DNA of 64,000 nt from NCBI RefSeq assembly GCF_009914755.1, contig NC_060948.1; one strand, 5' to 3'. The notes under the pieces are model-generated. The model was not told where the DNA came from, ran no database searches, and saw only the letters and a program-made list of their open reading frames with translations. Made by a program: the position numbers and the translations under genes. Positions 26,469 to 40,500 of the stretch are shown here, one piece after another. This stretch comes from the human T2T-CHM13v2.0 reference genome, Homo sapiens. Position 1 is the stretch's first letter, and each line of letters opens with the position of its first letter.

Positions 26469-28139
26469 AGAGTGCAGTGGATTGGAGTGGAGAGGAATGG
26501 AGTGGAGTGAAGTCGAGTTGAGTGGAATGGAATGGAGTGGAGCAGAGTGGAATGCAAAAGAATGAAGTGGATTGTTGTGGAATGGAATGGCGTGGAATGG
26601 AGTGGAATAGAATGGAATGGAATCGCATGGAAGGATATCAAATCAAATGGAATCGAAGGAAAATTATGAATCCAATGGAATCGAAAGGATTCCAAAGGAA
26701 CGGATTCAAAAGGCCTTTAATGGAATGGAAAGGTATGCAGTGAAGTGGAGTGGAGTGGAGTGGATTGTTTTAGAGTGAAATGGGGTGGATTGGAACACTA
26801 TGTGGTGGAGTGGAGTGTAGTGGATCGGAGTGGAGTGCCGTGGAGTGGACTAGAGTGGGGTGGAGTGGAGTGCATTGGAGTGGAATGGAGTGGAGTGGGG
26901 TGGAATGGAATGGAATGGCATCAAATCGCATGGTAATGAATCAAATGGAATCAAATGGAATGAAATAATGGAATCGAAGGCAAACGAATGGAATCGAATA
27001 GCACTGATTCTACTGACTTCGAAGAAAATGAAATGAAATGCGGTGAAGTGGAGTGGAGTGGAATGTATTAGGGTGGAATGGAATTGAATGGTGTGGAGTG
27101 GAGTGGAGTGCCCAGGAGTGGAATGGGAAGAAATGGAATTGAACGGAGTGGAGTGGAGTGGAATGGAGGGTAATGGAGTGGAATGGAGTGGAGTGGAGTA
27201 GAGTGGAATGGGTTGGAGTGGAATGCAGAGGACAGGAGTGGAGTGTGGTGGACTGGAGTGGAGTGGAGTTGAGTGGAGTGGATTGGATTGAAATAGAGCG
27301 GAGCAGAGTGGAATGGAATTGAATCACATGGTACTGAATCAAATCGAATGGAATTAAATCGAATGAAAAAACGGAATCAAAAGCAAACGAATGGAGTCAA
27401 ACCACATTGGTTAGACTGACATCGAATAATATCAAAAGAAATGTGGTGAAGTGGAGTGGAGTGTAATGAAATGGGGTGGAATGAAATTGAATGGAGTGGA
27501 GTGGAGTGGAGTCTACTGGAGTGGAATGGAATGGAATGGAAAGGAATGGAATAGAATGGAGTGAAGTGCAGTGCAGTGAAATGGAGTGGAAAGGAATGGA
27601 ATGGAAAGAATTGAATCAAATGGAATCGAAGTGAATCGAATCTAATGAAATTGAACGCAAAAAATGGAATGAGTAGAATCGAAAAAGATGGATTCAAATG
27701 GCAACAAATAAAATTGAATGGAATGCGGTGAGGTGGAGGGGATTGGAATGGAGTTGAATGGAATGGGGTGTAATTGAATTGAATGGAGTGGAGTGGAGTG
27801 AACTGGAGTGGAATGGAATGGAATGGGCAGGCCTGGAATTGAAAGGCGTGGAGTGGAGTGGAATTGAGAGGAGTGGAATGGAGTAGGGTGGATTGTGGTG
27901 GAGAATATTGGAAAAGAGTGGAGTGGAATGGAATGGAATGGAGTGGAGTGGAATGGAATGGAAAGGAATTGAGTGAAGTGGAGTGTAGTGGAATGGAGAG
28001 TAATGGAGTGGAGTGGACTGGAGTGGAGTAGATTGCAGTGCATTGGACTGTAGGGGATAGAAGTGGCTTGGAGTCCATAGGAGTGGAGTGGAATGGAATG
28101 GAATGGAGTGGAATGGACTGGAACGGAATGGAATGGAAT

Positions 28140-28490
28140 GGATTTAAATGGCAGGGAATCAAATCGAATTGAATCATATTGAATCAAGTCGAATCTAGTG
28201 GAGGAAAGAAATCGAATGGAATCGAATGGAATGAATTGAATGGAGTCGAATATCAACCATGGAATCGAAAGTAATGTGGTAAAGTGGAGTGGAGTGTTAT
28301 GGAGTGGAATGGAATGGGGTGACATGGAATTGAATACAGTGGAGAGGAGTGGAGTGGATTGGGCTAGAGTGGAACGGAAAGGGAAGGAATGAAACTGAAT
28401 GGAGTGGAGTGGAATGGAGTGGAATGGAATGGAATGGAAAGGAATGGAATGGAATGGAATGGAAAGGAATGGAATGGAACGGAATGGAGT
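28140..28490 (+). repeat. Family-B-specific eighth monomer segment (~350 bp); first copy shown
   Basis: GGATTTAAATGGCAGGGAATC...TCAACCATGGAATCGAAAGTAATGTGGTAAAGTGG...GGGCTAGAGTGG occurs in every complete B unit and in no A unit. The GTGGCTT-to-CACATGG distance is 87 bp in A (2264-2351) versus 438 bp in B (31194-31632). Confidence 0.85.
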
Positions 28491-31400
28491 GGAATGGAAT
28501 CAAATCACATGGAACTGAATGAAACCGAATTGAATGAAATTGAATGGAGAAAATGGAATCAAATGGAGTCAAATCGAACGGATTCGAATGTCATTGAATG
28601 GAATCGAAAGGAATGCAGTGAGGTGGGGTTGAGTGGAATGGAGTGGAATGGAATGGGATGAATGGAATTGAATGGAGTGGAGTGGAATGGAATGGAATGG
28701 AAAGGAATGGAATTGAACAAAATGGAGTGTAGTAGAATGGAGTGGATTGGAGTGGAGTGCAGGGGAGTGCAGTGGAATGAAGAGGAGTGTAGTTGAATGG
28801 AATGGAATGTATGGAATGTCCTGGAATAGAATGGATAAGAATGGAATGGAATGGAATCGCATGGAATTGAATAGAATCAAATCGAATTGAATAGAATCTA
28901 ATGGAAAAAATGGAGTCAAATGGAATCGAATGGCATAGAATCGAACGGTTTTGAATGTCAGTGAATGGAAACGAATGGAATGCGATGAAGTGGAGCGCAG
29001 TGGAGTGGAAAGGAGTGCAATGGAATAGGGTGGAACTGAATTTAATGGGACAGAGTGGATTGGAGTGGACTGGAGTGGAATGGAATGGGAAGGAATGGGA
29101 TTGGAAGGAGTGGCGTGCAGTGGAGTGGAGTGGCATGGAGTGGAGTGGAGTGGAATGGAGTGGAATGGAATGGAGTGGAATGGAGTGGATTGGAATGGAA
29201 TGGAGTGCAGAGGAATGGAATGGAATGGTATAGAGTGGACAGGAATGGAGTGGAGCGGATTGGAATGGAATGGAATGGAACTGAATGGACTGGAATGGAA
29301 TGGAATAGAATGGAATCACAGGGAATCAAATTGGATTGAATCGAATCGAATGGAAAAAATGAAATCAAATGAAATTGAATGGAATCGAAATGAATGTAAA
29401 CAATGGAATCCAATGGAATCCAATGGAATCGAATCAAATGGTTTTGAATGGCGTAAAATGAGATCGCAAGGAAGGCAGTGAATTGGAGTGGAGTGGAATA
29501 GAGAGGAATGAATTGGAATGGAGTGGAGTGGAATGGAGAGGATTCCAGTGGAGTGGAGTGGATTGGATTTTAATGGAATGGAATAGACTGGATTGGAGTG
29601 GTGTAGAGTGCAGTGGATTGGAGTGGAGAGGAATGGAGTGGAGTGAAGTCGAGTTGAGTGGAATGGAATGGAGTGGAGCAGAGTGGAATGCAAAAGAATG
29701 AAGTGGATTGGTGTGGAATGGACTGGCGTGGAATGGAGTGGAATAGAATGGAATGGAATCGCATGGAAGGATATCAAATCAAATGGAATCGAAGGAAAAT
29801 TATGAATCCAATGGAATCGAAAGGATTCCAAAGGAACGGATTCGAAAGGCCTTTAATGGAATGGAAAGGTATGCAGTGAAGTGGAGTGGAGTGGATTGTT
29901 TTAGAGTGAAATGGGGCGGATTGGAACACTATGTGCTGGAGTGGAGTGTAGTGGATCGGAGTGGAGTGCCGTGGAGTGGACTAGAGTGGGGTGGAGTGGA
30001 GTGCATTGGAGTGGAATGGAGTGGAGTGGGGTGGAATGGAATGGAATGGCATCAAATCGCATGGTAATGAATCAAATGGAATCAAATGGAATGAAATAAT
30101 GGAATCGAAGGCAAACGAATGGAATCGAATTGCACTGATTCTACTGACTTCGAAGAAAATGAAATGAAATGCGGTGAAGTGGAGTGGAGTGGAATGTATT
30201 AGGGTGGAATGGAATTGAATGGTGTGGAGTGGAGTGGAGTGCCCAGGAGTGGAATGGGAAGAAATGGAATTGAACGGAGTGGAGTGGAGTGGAATGGAGG
30301 GTAATGGAGTGGAATGGAGTGGAGTGGAGTAGAGTGGAATGGGTTGGAGTGGAATGCAGAGGACAGGAGTGGAGTGTGGTGGACTGGAGTGGAGTGGAGT
30401 TGAGTGGAGTGGATTGGATTGAAATAGAGCGGAGCAGAGTGGAATGGAATTGAATCACATGGTACTGAATCAAATCGAATGGAATTAAATCGAATGAAAA
30501 AACGGAATCAAAAGCAAACGAATGGAGTCAAACCACATTGGTTAGACTGACATCGAATAATATCAAAAGAAATGTGGTGAAGTGGAGTGGAGTGTAATGA
30601 AATGGGGTGGAATGAAATTGAATGGAGTGGAGTGGAGTGGAGTCTACTGGAGTGGAATGGAATGGAATGGAAAGGAATGGAATAGAATGGAGTGAAGGGC
30701 AGTGCAGTGAAATGGAGTGGAAAGGAATGGAATGGAAAGAATTGAATCAAATGGAATCGAAGTGAATCGAATCTAATGAAATTGAACGCAAAAAATGGAA
30801 TGAGTAGAATCGAAAAAGATGGATTCAAATGGCAACAAATAAAATTGAATGGAATGCGGTGAGGTGGAGGGGATTGGAATGGAGTTGAATGGAATGGGGT
30901 GTAATTGAATTGAATGGAGTGGAGTGGAGTGAACTGGAGTGGAATGGAATGGAATGGGCCGGCATGGAATTGAAAGGCGTGGACTGGAGTGGAGTTGAGA
31001 TGAGTGGAATGGAGTAGGGTGGATTGTGGTGGAGAATATTGGAAAAGAGTGGAGTGGAATGGAATGGAATGGAGTGGAGTGGAATGGAATGGAATGGAAT
31101 TGAGTGAAGTGGAGTGTAGTGGAATGGAGAGTAATGGAGTGGAGTGGACTGGAGTGGAGTAGATTGCAGTGCATTGGACTGTAGGGGATAGAAGTGGCTT
31201 GGAGTCCATAGGAGTGGAGTGGAATGGAATGGAATGGAGTGGAATGGACTGGAACGGAATGGAATGGAATGGATTTAAATGGCAGGGAATCAAATCGAAT
31301 TGAATCATATTGAATCAAGTCGAATCGAGTGGAGGAAAGAAATCGAATGAAATCGAATGGAATGAATTGAATGCAGTCGAATATCAACCATGGAATCGAA

Positions 31401-31551
31401 AGTAATGTGGTAAAGTGGAGTGGAGTGTTATGGAGTGGAATGGAAGGGGGTGACATGGAATTGAATACAGTGGAGAGGAGTGGAGTGGATTGGGCTAGAG
31501 TGGAAAGGAAAGGGAAGGAATGAAACTGAATGGAGTGGAGTGGAATGGAGT

Positions 31552-31601
31552 GGAATGGAATGGAATGGAATGGAATGGAATGGAATGGAATGGAATGGAA
31601 T
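31552..31601 (+). repeat. Perfect (GGAAT)10 tract; length varies among B units
   Basis: There are 10 copies here and at ~37392, and 8 copies at 34693. In the first B unit the tract is interrupted by GGAAA pentamers (~28420-28480). Confidence 0.8.
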
Positions 31602-32190
31602 GGAACGGAATGGAGTGGAATGGAATCGAATCACATGGAACTGAATGAAACCGAATTGAATGAAATTGAATGGAGAAAATGGAATCAAATGGAATCAAAT
31701 CGAACGGATTCGAATGTCATTGAATGGAATCGAAAGGAATGCAGTGAGGTGGGGTTGAGTGGAATGGAGTGGAATGGAATGGGATGAATGGAATTGAATG
31801 GAGTGGAGTGGAATGGAATGGAATGGAAAGGAATGGAATTGAACAAAATGGAGTGTAGTAGAATGGAGTGGATTGGAGTGGAGTGCAGGGGAGTGCAGTG
31901 GAATGAAGAGGAGTGTAGTTGAATGGAATGGAATGTATGGAATGTACTGGAATAGAATGGATAAGAATGGAATGGGATGGAATCGCATGGAATTGAATAG
32001 AATCAAATCGAATTGAATAGAATCAAATGGAAAAAATGGAGTCAAATGGAATCGAATGGCATAGAATCGAACGGTTTTGAATGTCAGTGAATGGAAACGA
32101 ATGGAATGCGATGAAGTGGAGCGCAGTGGAGTGGAAAGGAGTGCAATGGAATAGGGTGGAACTGAATTTAATGGAACAGAGTGGATTGGA

Positions 32191-35100
32191 GTGGACTGGA
32201 GTGGAATGGAATGGGAAGGAATGGGATTGAAAGGAGTGGCGTGCAGTGGAGTGGAGTGGCATGGAGTGGAGTGGAGTGGAATGGAGTGGAATGGAATGGA
32301 GTGGAATGGAGTGTATTGGAATGGAATGGAGTGCAGAGGAATGGAATGGAATGGTATAGAGTGGACAGGATTGGAGTGGAGCGGATTGGAATGGAATGGA
32401 ATGGAATGGAATGGAACTGAATGGACTGGAATGGAATGGAATAGAATGGAATCACAGGGAATCAAATTGGATTGAATCGAATCGAATGGAAAAAATGAAA
32501 TCAAATGAAATTGAATGGAATCGAAATGAATGTAAACAATGGAATCCAATGGAATCCAATGGAATCGAATCAAATGGTTTTGAATGGCGTAAAATGAAAT
32601 CGCAAGGAAGGCAGTGAATTGGAGTGGAGTGGAATAGAGAGGAATGAATTGGAATGGAGTGGAGTGGAATGGAGTGGATTCCAGTGGAGTGGAGTGGATT
32701 GGATTTTAATGGAATGGAATAGACTGGATTGGAGTGGTGTAGAGTGCAGTGGATTGGAGTGGAGAGGAATGGAGTGGAGTGAAGTCGAGTTGAGTGGAAT
32801 GGAATGGAGTGGAGCAGAGTGGAATGCAAAAGAATGAAGTGGATTGGTGTGGAATGGAATGGCGTGGAATGGAGTGGAATAGAATGGAATGGAATCGCAT
32901 GGAAGGATATCAAATCAAATGGAATCGAACGAAAATTATGAATCCAATGGAATCAAAAGGATTCCAAAGGAAAGGATTCGAAAGGCCTTTAATGGAATGG
33001 AAAGGTATACAGTGAAGTGGAGTGCAGTGGAGTGGATTGTTTTAGAGTGAAATGGGGTGGATTGGAACACTATGTGATGGAGTGGAGTGTAGTGGATCGG
33101 AGTGGAGTGCCGTGGAGTGGACTAGAGTGGGGTGGAGTGGAGTGCATTGGAGTGGAATGGAGTGGAGTGGGGTGGAATGGAATGGAATGGCATCAAATCG
33201 CATGGTAATGAATCAAATGGAATCAAATGGAATGAAATAATGGAATCGAAGGCAAACGAATGGAATCGAATTGCACTGATTCTACTGACTTCGAAGAAAA
33301 TGAAATGAAATGCGGTGAAGTGGAGTGGAGTGGAATGTATTAGGGTGGAATGGAATTGAATGGTGTGGAGTGGAGTGGAGTGCCCAGGAGTGGAATGGGA
33401 AGAAATGGAATTGAACGGAGTGGAGTGGAGTGGAATGGAGGGTAATGGAGTGGAATGGAGTGGAGTGGAGTAGAGTGGAATGGGTTGGAGTGGAATGCAG
33501 AGGACAGGAGTGGAGTGTGGTGGACTGGAGTGGAGTGGAGTTGAGTGGAGTGGATTGGATTGAAATAGAGCGGAGCAGAGTGGAATGGAATTGAATCACA
33601 TGGTACTGAATCAAATCGAATGGAATTAAATCGAATGAAAAAACGGAATCAAAAGCAAACGAATGGAGTCAAACCACATTGGTTAGACTGACATCGAATA
33701 ATATCAAAAGAAATGTGGTGAAGTGGAGTGGAGTGTAATGAAATGGGGTGGAATGAAATTGAATGGAGTGGAGTGGAGTGGAGTCTACTGGAGTGGAATG
33801 GAATGGAATGGAAAGGAATGGAATAGAATGGAGTGAAGGGCAGTGCAGTGAAATGGAGTGGAAAGGAATGGAATGGAAAGAATTGAATCAAATGGAATCG
33901 AAGTGAATCGAATCTAATGAAATTGAACGCAAAAAATGGAATGAGTAGAATCGAAAAAGATGGATTCAAATGGCAACAAATAAAATTGAATGGAATGCGG
34001 TGAGGTGGAGGGGATTGGAATGGAGTTGAATGGAATGGGGTGTAATTGAATTGAATGGAGTGGAGTGGAGTGAACTGGAGTGGAATGGAATGGAATGGGC
34101 AGGCATGGAATTGAAAGGCGTGGAGTGGAGTGGAATTGAGAGGAGTGGAATGGAGTAGGGTGGATTGTGGTGGAGAATATTGGAAAAGAGTGGAGTGGAA
34201 TGGAATGGAATGGAGTGGAGTGGAATGGAATGGAAAGGAATTGAGTGAAGTGGAGTGTAGTGGAATGGAGAGTAATGGAGTGGAGTGGACTGGAGTGGAG
34301 TAGATTGCAGTGCATTGGACTGTAGGGGATAGAAGTGGCTTGGAGTCCATAGGAGTGGAGTGGAATGGAATGGAATGGAGTGGAATGGACTGGAACGGAA
34401 TGGAATGGAATGGATTTAAATGGCAGGGAATCAAATCGAATTGAATCATATTGAATCAAGTCGAATCTAGTGGAGGAAAGAAATCGAATGGAATCGAATG
34501 GAATGAATTGAATGGAGTTGAACATCAACCATGGAATCGAAAGTAATGTGGTAAAGTGGAGTGGAGTGTTATGGAGTGGAATGGAAGGGGGTGACATGGA
34601 ATTGAATACAGTGGAGAGGAGTGGAGTGGATTGGGCTAGAGTGGAACGGAAAGGGAAGGAATGGAACTGAATGGAGTGGAGTGGAATGGAGTGGAATGGA
34701 ATGGAATGGAATGGAATGGAATGGAATGGAATGGAACGGAATGGAGTGGAATGGAATCGAATGACATGGAACTGAATGAAACCGAATTGAATGAAATTGA
34801 ATGGAGAAAATGGAATCAAATGGAATCAAATCGAACGGATTCGAATGTCATTGAATGGAATCGAAAGGAATGCAGTGAGGTGGGGTTGAGTGGACTGGAG
34901 TGGAATGGAATGGGAAGGAATGGGATTGAAAGGAGTGGCGTGCAGTGGAGTGGAGTGGCATGGAGTGGAGTGGAGTGGAATGGAGTGGAATGGAATGGAG
35001 TGGAATGGAGTGTATTGGAATGGAATGGAGTGCAGAGGAATGGAATGGAATGGTATAGAGTGGACAGGATTGGAGTGGAGCGGATTGGAATGGAATGGAA

Positions 35101-37598
35101 TGGAATGGAATGGAACTGAATGGACTGGAATGGAATGGAATAGAATGGAATCACAGGGAATCAAATTGGATTGAATCGAATCGAATGGAAAAAATGAAAT
35201 CAAATGAAATTGAATGGAATCGAAATGAATGTAAACAATGGAATCCAATGGAATCCAATGGAATCGAATCAAATGGTTTTGAATGGCGTAAAATGAAATC
35301 GCAAGGAAGGCAGTGAATTGGAGTGGAGTGGAATAGAGAGGAATGAATTGGAATGGAGTGGAGTGGAATGGAGTGGATTCCAGTGGAGTGGAGTGGATTG
35401 GATTTTAATGGAATGGAATAGACTGGATTGGAGTGGTGTAGAGTGCAGTGGATTGGAGTGGAGAGGAATGGAGTGGAGTGAAGTCGAGTTGAGTGGAATG
35501 GAATGGAGTGGAGCAGAGTGGAATGCAAAAGAATGAAGTGGATTGGTGTGGAATGGAATGGCGTGGAATGGAGTGGAATAGAATGGAATGGAATCGCATG
35601 GAAGGATATCAAATCAAATGGAATCGAACGAAAATTATGAATCCAATGGAATCAAAAGGATTCCAAAGGAAAGGATTCGAAAGGCCTTTAATGGAATGGA
35701 AAGGTATACAGTGAATTGGAGTGCAGTGGAGTGGATTGTTTTAGAGTGAAATGGGGTGGATTGGAACACTATGTGATGGAGTGGAGTGTAGTGGATCGGA
35801 GTGGAGTGCCGTGGAGTGGACTAGAGTGGGGTGGAGTGGAGTGCATTGGAGTGGAATGGAGTGGAGTGGGGTGGAATGGAATGGAATGGCATCAAATCGC
35901 ATGGTAATGAATCAAATGGAATCAAATGGAATGAAATAATGGAATCGAAGGCAAACGAATGGAATCGAATTGCACTGATTCTACTGACTTCGAAGAAAAT
36001 GAAATGAAATGCGGTGAAGTGGAGTGGAGTGGAATGTATTAGGGTGGAATGGAATTGAATGGTGTGGAGTGGAGTGGAGTGCCCAGGAGTGGAATGGGAA
36101 GAAATGGAATTGAACGGAGTGGAGTGGAGTGGAATGGAGGGTAATGGAGTGGAATGGAGTGGAGTGGAGTAGAGTGGAATGGGTTGGAGTGGAATGCAGA
36201 GGACAGGAGTGGAGTGTGGTGGACTGGAGTGGAGTGGAGTTGAGTGGAGTGGATTGGATTGAAATAGAGCGGAGCAGAGTGGAATGGAATTGAATCACAT
36301 GGTACTGAATCAAATCGAATGGAATTAAATCGAATGAAAAAACGGAATCAAAAGCAAACGAATGGAGTCAAACCACATTGGTTAGACTGACATCGAATAA
36401 TATCAAAAGAAATGTGGTGAAGTGGAGTGGAGTGTAATGAAATGGGGTGGAATGAAATTGAATGGAGTGGAGTGGAGTGGAGTCTACTGGAGTGGAATGG
36501 AATGGAATGGAAAGGAATGGAATAGAATGGAGTGAAGGGCAGTGCAGTGAAATGGAGTGGAAAGGAATGGAATGGAAAGAATTGAATCAAATGGAATCGA
36601 AGTGAATCGAATCTAATGAAATTGAACGCAAAAAATGGAATGAGTAGAATCGAAAAAGATGGATTCAAATGGCAACAAATAAAATTGAATGGAATGCGGT
36701 GAGGTGGAGGGGATTGGAATGGAGTTGAATGGAATGGGGTGTAATTGAATTGAATGGAGTGGAGTGGAGTGAACTGGAGTGGAATGGAATGGAATGGGCA
36801 GGCATGGAATTGAAAGGCGTGGAGTGGAGTGGAATTGAGAGGAGTGGAATGGAGTAGGGTGGATTGTGGTGGAGAATATTGGAAAAGAGTGGAGTGGAAT
36901 GGAATGGAATGGAGTGGAGTGGAATGGAATGGAAAGGAATTGAGTGAAGTGGAGTGTAGTGGAATGGAGAGTAATGGAGTGGAGTGGACTGGAGTGGAGT
37001 AGATTGCAGTGCATTGGACTGTAGGGGATAGAAGTGGCTTGGAGTCCATAGGAGTGGAGTGGAATGGAATGGAATGGAGTGGAATGGACTGGAACGGAAT
37101 GGAATGGAATGGATTTAAATGGCAGGGAATCAAATCGAATTGAATCATATTGAATCAAGTCGAATCTAGTGGAGGAAAGAAATCGAATGGAATCGAATGG
37201 AATGAATTGAATGGAGTTGAACATCAACCATGGAATCGAAAGTAATGTGGTAAAGTGGAGTGGAGTGTTATGGAGTGGAATGGAAGGGGGTGACATGGAA
37301 TTGAATACAGTGGAGAGGAGTGGAGTGGATTGGGCTAGAGTGGAACGGAAAGGGAAGGAATGGAACTGAATGGAGTGGAGTGGAATGGAGCGGAATGGAA
37401 TGGAATGGAATGGAATGGAATGGAATGGAATGGAATGGAATGGAACGGAATGGAGTGGAATGGAATCGAATGACATGGAACTGAATGAAACCGAATTGAA
37501 TGAAATTGAATGGAGAAAATGGAATCAAATGGAATCAAATCGAACGGATTCGAATGTCATTGAATGGAATCGAAAGGAATGCAGTGAGGTGGGGTTGA
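32191..37598 (+). repeat. Out-of-register tandem duplication: ~32191-34889 recopied from 34890, giving a 2699-bp short unit
   Basis: The period is 2699 instead of 3131. The chimeric join GGGGTTGAGTGGA|CTGGAGTGGAATGGAATGGGAAGG lies at about 34882-34918. Two consecutive Y-type units share the private variant GAGTTGAACATC (~34515, ~37214). Confidence 0.85.
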
Positions 37599-40500
37599 GT
37601 GGAATGGAGTGGAATGGAATGGGATGAGTGGAATTGAATGGAGTGGAGTGGAATGGAATGGAATGGAAAGGAATGGAATTGAACAAAATGGAGTGTAATA
37701 GAATGGAGTGGATTGGAGTGGAGTGCAGGGGAGTGCAGTGGAATGAAGAGGAGTGTAGTTGAATGGAATGGGATGTATGGAATGTACTGGAATAGAATGG
37801 ATAAGAATGGAATGGAATGGAATCGCATGGAATTGAATAGAATCAAATCGAATTGAATAGAATCTAATGGAAAAAATGGAGTCAAATGGAATCGAATGGC
37901 ATAGAATCGAACGGTTTTGAATGGCAGTGAAGGGAAACGAATGGAATGCGATGAAGTGGAGCGCAGTGGAGTGGAAAGGAGTGCAATGGAATAGGGTGGA
38001 ACTGAATTTAATGGAACAGAGTGGATTGGAGTGGACTGGAGTGGAATGGAATGGGAAGGAATGGGATTGAAAGGAGTGGCGTGCAGTGGAGTGGAGTGGC
38101 ATGGAGTGGAGTGGAGTGGAATGGAGTGGAATGGAATGGAGTGGAATGGAGTGGATTGGAATGGAATGGAGTGCAGAGGAATGGAATGGAATGGTATAGA
38201 GTGGACAGGAATGGAGTGGAGCGGATTGGAATGGAATGGAATGGAACTGAATGGACTGGAATGGAATGGAATAGAATGGAATCACAGGGAATCAAATTGG
38301 ATTGAATCGAATCGAATGGAAAAAATGAAATCAAATGAAATTGAATGGAATCGAAATGAATGTAAACAATGGAATCCAATGGAATCCAATGGAATCGAAT
38401 CAAATGGTTTTGAATGGCGTAAAATGAGATCGCAAGGAAGGCAGTGAATTGGAGTGGAGTGGAATAGAGAGGAATGAATTGGAATGGAGTGGAGTGGAAT
38501 GGAGTGGATTCCAGTGGAGTGGAGTGGATTGGATTTTAATGGAATGGAATAGACTGGATTGGAGTGGTGTAGAGTGCAGTGGATTGGAGTGGAGAGGAAT
38601 GGAGTGGAGTGAAGTCGAGTTGAGTGGAATGGAATGGAGTGGAGCAGAGTGGAATGCAAAAGAATGAAGTGGATTGGTGTGGAATGGAATGGCGTGGAAT
38701 GGAGTGGAATAGAATGGAATGGAATCGCATGGAAGGATATCAAATCAAATGGAATCGAAGGAAAATTATGAATCCAATGGAATCGAAAAGATTCCAAAGG
38801 AACGGATTCGAAAGGCCTTTAATGGAATGGAAAGGTATGCAGTGAAGTGGAGTGGAGTGGAGTGGATTGTTTTAGAGTGAAATGGGGTGGATTGGAACAC
38901 TATGTGGTGGAGTGGAGTGTAGTGGATCGGAGTGGAGTGCCGTGGAGTGGACTAGAGTGGGGTGGAGTGGAGTGCATTGGAGTGGAATGGAGTGGAGTGG
39001 GGTGGAATGGAATGGAATGGCATCAAATCGCATGGTAATGAATCAAATGGAATCAAATGGAATGAAATAATGGAATCGAAGGCAAACGAATGGAATCGAA
39101 TTGCACTGATTCTACTGACTTCGAAGAAAATGAAATGAAATGCGGTGAAGTGGAGTGGAGTGGAATGTATTAGGGTGGAATGGAATTGAATGGTGTGGAG
39201 TGGAGTGGAGTGCCCAGGAGTGGAATGGGAAGAAATGGAATTGAACGGAGTGGAGTGGAGTGGAATGGAGGGTAATGGAGTGGAATGGAGTGGAGTGGAG
39301 TAGAGTGGAATGGGTTGGAGTGGAATGCAGAGGACAGGAGTGGAGTGTGGTGGACTGGAGTGGAGTGGAGTTGAGTGGAGTGGATTGGATTGAAATAGAG
39401 CGGAGCAGAGTGGAATGGAATTGAATCACATGGTACTGAATCAAATCGAATGGAATTAAATCGAATGAAAAAACGGAATCAAAAGCAAACGAATGGAGTC
39501 AAACCACATTGGTTAGACTGACATCGAATAATATCAAAAGAAATGTGGTGAAGTGGAGTGGAGTGTAATGAAATGGGGTGGAATGAAATTGAATGGAATG
39601 GAGTGGAGTGGAGTCTACTGGAGTGGAATGGAATGGAATGGAAAGGAATGGAATAGAATGGAGTGAAGGGCAGTGCAGTGAAATGGAGTGGAAAGGAATG
39701 GAATGGAAAGAATTGAATCAAATGGAATCGAAGTGAATCGAATCTAATGAAATTGAACGCAAAAAATGGAATGAGTAGAATCGAAAAAGATGGATTCAAA
39801 TGGCAACAAATAAAATTGAATGGAATGCGGTGAGGTGGAGGGGATTGGAATGGAGTTGAATGGAATGGGGTGTAATTGAATTGAATGGAGTGGAGTGGAG
39901 TGAACTGGAGTGGAATGGAATGGAATGGGCCGGCATGGAATTGAAAGGCGTGGAATGGAGTGGAGTTGAGATGAGTGGAATGGAGTAGGGTGGATTGTGG
40001 TGGAGAATATTGGAAAAGAGTGGAGTGGAATGGAATGGAATGGAGTGGAGTGGAATGGAATGGAATGGAATTGAGTGAAGTGGAGTGTAGTGGAATGGAG
40101 AGTAATGGAGTGGAGTGGACTGGAGTGGAGTAGATTGCAGTGCATTGGACTGTAGGGGATAGAAGTGGCTTGGAGTCCATAGGAGTGGAGTGGAATGGAA
40201 TGGAATGGAGTGGAATGGACTGGAACGGAATGGAATGGAATGGATTTAAATGGCAGGGAATCAAATCGAATTGAATCATATTGAATCAAGTCGAATCGAG
40301 TGGAGGAAAGAAATCGAATGAAATCGAATGGAATGAATTGAATGGAGTCGAATATCAACCATGGAATCGAAAGTAATGTGGTAAAGTGGAGTGGAGTGTT
40401 ATGGAGTGGAATGGAAGGGGGTGACATGGAATTGAATACAGTGGAGAGGAGTGGAGTGGATTGGGCTAGAGTGGAAAGGAAAGGGAAAGAATGAAACTGA

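Noticed and set aside
24841-26628. Long minus-strand ORFs (595, 526, 523 aa; HSIPF/HSTPL repeats)
   Set aside because: (CATTC/CACTC)n contains no stop codons, so long ORFs are expected. The translations are pentamer-derived, have no recognisable domain, and their ends shift from copy to copy with 5-bp indels.
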